Positions 43,703 to 47,185 of a stretch of 47,185 nucleotides of DNA are shown piece after piece. The position numbers and the translations under genes were made by a program. Numbering within the stretch: the first letter of the stretch is position 1; the number at the start of each line of letters is the position of its first letter. The notes under the pieces were generated by a model. That model ran no database searches and was not told where the DNA came from. It saw only the letters and a list, made by a program, of their open reading frames with translations. The stretch is taken from positions 1 to 47,185 of IMG/VR virus record IMGVR_UViG_3300046717_000333. One strand, 5' to 3'. This stretch comes from a virus (Duplodnaviria; Caudoviricetes).

Positions 43703-44605
43703 TTAGATGTTCGACCCGATGATGCAGCGGGGATCAACGAACCCCATCGCAAACATCTGGTAGCCGTCGTAGACCTTGGCGCGGTTGGCCTCGGTGTTGT
43801 ACTCGCGGAAGTCCGGCTTCTGGGTCCAGATACACATCAGGCCACGCTTGGCCGAGGTGATCATGAACCAGTTGCTGGTCGACGGCAGATAGCGGTTGAC
43901 CACGTAGTCCGACAACTCGCCCTTCATGCTGTTGATGGCGTTGTTGGCGGTGTCGTTCTGGAGGTCAGAACGAAGGATCCGCTTTGCCTCCCATTCGAGG
44001 TCCGCAGGAACGACCAGCTTCACCGGCTTGACCCCGACGGGCAGACCGTTAGAGCCGGGCATCTTGCGGGCCTGGGTGAACATCGTCTCCAGCGCGGTCT
44101 CCGACAGGCTCATGTCGGTCGCCATGCGGTTGGAGTAGGTGCCGCCCTTGATCAGCGGGTGGGCCGTCGAGCAAAGCGCCACGCCGTCGGGACCGGCGAA
44201 GTTGGTGCCGTCGAAGGCGTTGCCGAAGATGTCAGAGCCGATGAACTCCTGGGTCTGTTTCAGCGACTCGGCAATGCTGGCCGCGCCGTCGATGGCCTCG
44301 TTGTACTTCTTGAAGCGCAGGGCCTCCTCGGAGACCGGCATCATGACCGCGTAAGCGACCTGATTGAACCGGGTCGAGTAACCCTGCTGAACGACGTCGA
44401 CGGCCATCTGCGCGAGCTGTTGCTTGACCGGCGCCAGGCCGAGCCCGGCGTACTCGACCATGTCCTCGTACGCGTCCTTGGAGGTCATCTCCTTGAACCC
44501 GCACTGGCTCCAGATCGTGGGGCCTTCCAGCGACGTGCGGAAGGCGAAGAGCAGGGTCTCCTTCAGAGACAGTGAAATACTAGCTGTCAGAACACCAGTA
44601 GACAT
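43703..44605 (-). CDS. Major capsid protein (HK97 fold, Mu gpT-like family)
   Basis: GPDGVALCSTAHP, KPVKLVVPADLEWEAKRIL, NRYL...NWF, GFVDPRCIIGS. Confidence 0.9.
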   Translation of the reverse strand: MSTGVLTASISLSLKETLLFAFRTSLEGPTIWSQCGFKEMTSKDAYEDMVEYAGLGLAPVKQQLAQMAVDVVQQGYSTRFNQVAYAVMMPVSEEALRFKKYNEAIDGAASIAESLKQTQEFIGSDIFGNAFDGTNFAGPDGVALCSTAHPLIKGGTYSNRMATDMSLSETALETMFTQARKMPGSNGLPVGVKPVKLVVPADLEWEAKRILRSDLQNDTANNAINSMKGELSDYVVNRYLPSTSNWFMITSAKRGLMCIWTQKPDFREYNTEANRAKVYDGYQMFAMGFVDPRCIIGSNI

Positions 44606-44614
44606 GACGTCTCC

Positions 44615-45232
44615 TTAGATCCCGGTCGTCGAGAAGACGCCTGGCCAGTTGTTGGTCTTGTTGCAAATCACCCAATACTTGGCGGCGATCTGCGTGACGT
44701 CGTTGCCCGAGGCGTACGGCGAGATGTCGACGATCCGCCATTGCAGCGCGGTCGTATTGTGGGTCGAGATGTTGAGCTGGACGCCCGAGACGCCGGTCGC
44801 GGTGTTGCCGGTGGTCGTGAAGACGTGGTCGCAGTTCTTCCAGACCAACTGACGGGCGGCGGCGACGGTGGTAATCGAGGTGCCGTCGTTGGCGTCGACC
44901 TCAAACATGGTGAAGGGCGTTGCCGGGATCACGTAGGCAATCGAGCGGAGCGCGTCCGTGGGGTAGGTCGTCGAGGCGGGGATGTAATCCTTCTCGACGA
45001 GAACGCCGTCGGCGTTGCGGTACTTCACCCCGGCGATCACGCCCCAAATGTTCGCGGCAGCGGCGGCCTGGGTGATGCTGCCGTCGGCGGCGCGGGCAAC
45101 GGGGTCACCCTTGAACAGGGCGGTGTTGTAGTTGGTGGCGATCTGAGAAGCGAACAGGCGGGGCGTGTCGTTCTCGGCAAAGACGCTGCCGACGTAGCGA
45201 AACCCCCCTCTGGGGATGTTTGGACGTGCCAT
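44615..45232 (-). CDS. Capsid decoration/minor capsid protein
   Basis: N-terminal PRGGFR and LFKGDPV motifs; immediately upstream of the MCP. Confidence 0.65.
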   Translation of the reverse strand: MARPNIPRGGFRYVGSVFAENDTPRLFASQIATNYNTALFKGDPVARAADGSITQAAAAANIWGVIAGVKYRNADGVLVEKDYIPASTTYPTDALRSIAYVIPATPFTMFEVDANDGTSITTVAAARQLVWKNCDHVFTTTGNTATGVSGVQLNISTHNTTALQWRIVDISPYASGNDVTQIAAKYWVICNKTNNWPGVFSTTGI

Positions 45233-45247
45233 TCGAATACCTCGCGG

Positions 45248-45685
45248 TTAGAGCCGAAGGCCGGTGAACTCGGAGAACTTGCCCCCCGTGTTCTCGGCGG
45301 TCTTCTTGAGCGCAGCCTTGGCCTCGGTGTGCCAGCGCCGTTCGCTCTCGTTCATGGCGGCGCGCCGCGCGGTCGGGATCTTCATCAGCGTGAGCTGGTT
45401 GTTGATCCGGACCTCGTCGCCGTTCTTGTGCTCGCCGTAGTCCCACACAGGACGGGCGCAATCAGCCCCCCAACGCTCGACTTGCCAGCCGCGAGACAGG
45501 TACTTGCCCCGCTCACGGTCTGACACCAGCCCGTAGTCCCAGGCCTTCGCCTTGTTGGCGATGGCGTCGTTGCGGTAATCGCCGTCGATCGGAGCAGGCT
45601 CCGGATCACGGCGTTTCTTCGGCCGACCGCCCTTGTTCTTCTTTACGGGGGTCGGCGCCTCAACAACGGCATCGTCATTGGACAT
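45248..45685 (-). CDS. Conserved head-module protein
   Basis: RGWQV and LTLMKIP motifs; first gene after the internal promoter. Confidence 0.65.
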   Translation of the reverse strand: MSNDDAVVEAPTPVKKNKGGRPKKRRDPEPAPIDGDYRNDAIANKAKAWDYGLVSDRERGKYLSRGWQVERWGADCARPVWDYGEHKNGDEVRINNQLTLMKIPTARRAAMNESERRWHTEAKAALKKTAENTGGKFSEFTGLRL

Positions 45686-45860
45686 GCGGGCAGAACTCCA
45701 GCGAGTGGGAGCTGCAAATCGGTCTCACCATGCCGGGCGCGCAGCGTGAAGGCCCGAGGCGTAACGTCGATTTTTCTGCCCACCGTTCCCTCGTTTACAA
45801 GGCGAGGAGGCGTCGAACCCGGAAACACCGAACCCGCGTTAAGCGGTGGCGTCCCTCAAC
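45686..45860 (-). promoter_or_regulatory. Structured 5' leader of the capsid operon
   Basis: Nested stems GGGCAGAA/TTCTGCCC, AAATCG/CGATTT, CGGGC/GCCCG and CTCC/GGAG; TTGACC and TTGACA hexamers upstream. Confidence 0.5.
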
Positions 45861-45896
45861 CGTCCAACAAAGGTGTCAAACGGTCAAGGGGTATTT

Positions 45897-45912
45897 TGTT
45901 TCACATGGAACG
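45897..45912. promoter_or_regulatory. parS-like palindrome
   Basis: TGTTTCACATGGAACG compared with the bacterial consensus TGTT(T/C)CACGTG(A/G)AAC(A/G): one core mismatch. Confidence 0.5.
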
Positions 45913-45913
45913 T

Positions 45914-46819
45914 TCACTTCTTGCCGTCGAGGATCCGCTTGCCAATCTTCGACCACCATTCTTTGTGCGCAGCCTCGGAATCAAGGTGCCGAAAGAGGCT
46001 CTCGGCCTGGGCCTTTTGGTCGGCGGTCAAATAGACCATTCCACGGCTGTCCGAACGGCCCGCGCCGCTCGATTGGCCGCTCGTGCCGCGATACCGCTCC
46101 TTTTGTACGTCACTGGGCTCACTGGTATTGCCGCCGAGCTTGAACTCGCGCTCGACCTCGGCCGCCGCCTGCAACAGGGTTTGCTTGCGCACGACGGGGT
46201 TGCTCATGTCGCGCCCTTCGAGGCGGACCAGCCGCTCGACGTTGGCCTCGGCGACCTGGCGCAGACCGATGTCGGTTTGCAGCCACTCGTGCTTGCCCAC
46301 GATCGAGGTCAAGACGGGGTCGACCTGCGGCGGTCGGTACTGCTGGGCGACGGCCTCGGCCTCGGCGCGGCTGATGATCCGCTGCTCCTGCTCGCGCCAG
46401 TTGTGCCACTCCTCCAAAGCGGAGGTGTCACCTTTACCCATACGCTCCAGGGACTGTTCGATCTGCTTGCGCGTGTAGCGGAGCTGTTCGCGCACGGGAT
46501 CCGCCGCTGGCTGGGCGCGCGCCCGCATCTCGCCCTCTAGCCGCGCCAGGCTTTCACCCATGCGCTGGCGCTCCTGGCGCTCCTGCTGGGCCTCTTGCCG
46601 CCAGCGGGCGACCTCGGCGGCGTAGCCCCCGAACTTCTCCCCGCGCCGTTCCTTGCGGGTCTGCCCCCGCGCCGCCTGGTCGTTCTCGGGCGGCTTCTCG
46701 GGCGGCTCTTCGAACGCCGGCTTGGGGACGTCACCCTCAATCTGCGCAGGCTCCGCAGGGTCCGCCCCGCCGTCGTCAGTCTGCCCGCCCTCCTCGATCG
46801 CATCTCCTGCAACGCTCAT
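45914..46819 (-). CDS. Capsid scaffolding protein
   Basis: Acidic N-terminus, long coiled coil, C-terminal VYLTADQKAQA motif; between GroES and the capsid genes. Confidence 0.8.
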   Translation of the reverse strand: MSVAGDAIEEGGQTDDGGADPAEPAQIEGDVPKPAFEEPPEKPPENDQAARGQTRKERRGEKFGGYAAEVARWRQEAQQERQERQRMGESLARLEGEMRARAQPAADPVREQLRYTRKQIEQSLERMGKGDTSALEEWHNWREQEQRIISRAEAEAVAQQYRPPQVDPVLTSIVGKHEWLQTDIGLRQVAEANVERLVRLEGRDMSNPVVRKQTLLQAAAEVEREFKLGGNTSEPSDVQKERYRGTSGQSSGAGRSDSRGMVYLTADQKAQAESLFRHLDSEAAHKEWWSKIGKRILDGKK

Positions 46820-46823
46820 GGTC

Positions 46824-47042
46824 TTACTCCTGGTTGGTGATGGGCACGATCCGGTGCTCGTCGGTCTCGCCGTCGAAGATGATCTTCATCGTGGGCTCCT
46901 CGCCGAAGAGGCGATCCCACAGGTCGAACGACCCGAGCACGTCGCGCTCTTTCATCTGAAGGATCCGCTTGGTGCTCTTGCCGGCCTTGTCGGCCTCGAA
47001 CTCCTTTTCCCAGCCGGCGAAGCGGCCAATCTGGACGTGGTC
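46824..47042 (-). CDS. groES: GroES/Cpn10-like co-chaperonin, 3' part
   Basis: (G)DHVQIGRFAGWE...ILQMKERDVLG matches the Cpn10 C-terminal pattern; in frame with 1..324 across the junction. Confidence 0.85.
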   Translation of the reverse strand, partial: DHVQIGRFAGWEKEFEADKAGKSTKRILQMKERDVLGSFDLWDRLFGEEPTMKIIFDGETDEHRIVPITNQE

Positions 47043-47185
47043 GCCGAGGATGATCCCGTGCGACCGCAAGATGTCGCGGGCGAGCAGCCCCGCCTGCACG
47101 AGGATCCCTTCCGAACGCGGCTCGGGCTCCTCCTGGGAAACTTCGGGAATAAAGAGCCCCCCGGCCGTGTTGGTTGGCGTCGGCG
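47043..47185. repeat. Terminal direct repeat, copy 2
   Basis: Matches 1-143 with one mismatch. Confidence 0.95.

Noticed and set aside
1-47185. Alternative genetic code or stop-codon reassignment
   Set aside because: Core genes are intact in the standard code and end in all three stop codons

Overview
The window is one complete, circularly permuted genome of a GC-rich temperate tailed phage. Bases 1-143 repeat as 47043-47185 with one mismatch, which fits an assembly overlap and gives a unit length of about 47,042 bp. The virion module is podovirus-type and on the minus strand: terminase, portal, a GroES-like co-chaperonin that spans the junction, scaffold, Mu-gpT-like major capsid, beta-helix proteins, P22-type tail and ejection proteins. 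A tyrosine integrase lies beside an intact attP whose core is the 3' half of a tRNA-Val(CAC). The replication/recombination module has an Mgm101/Rad52-like annealase, a ParB/DGQHR-type protein, an initiator with internal repeats, a helicase-loader-like protein, SSB and RusA. There are two accessory blocks of small genes: 6.9-13.2 kb, rich in CxxC proteins, and 14.3-19.2 kb, compositionally distinct and probably early. The most interesting unexplained signals are: (1) an orphan HigA-antitoxin N-terminal domain fused to tandem Zn ribbons, a possible antitoxin mimic; (2) two ~180-bp gene-leading cassette repeats; (3) a copy of the attP tandem arm-type site 10 kb from attP, together with a stand-alone arm-binding-like protein; (4) a chromosomal-type parS palindrome at the capsid-operon promoter; (5) several strand-specific structured non-coding regions. 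All family assignments come from motif recognition by eye; no searches or folding programs were run. A Gram-negative, high-GC host (for example Myxococcota) is only an inference.
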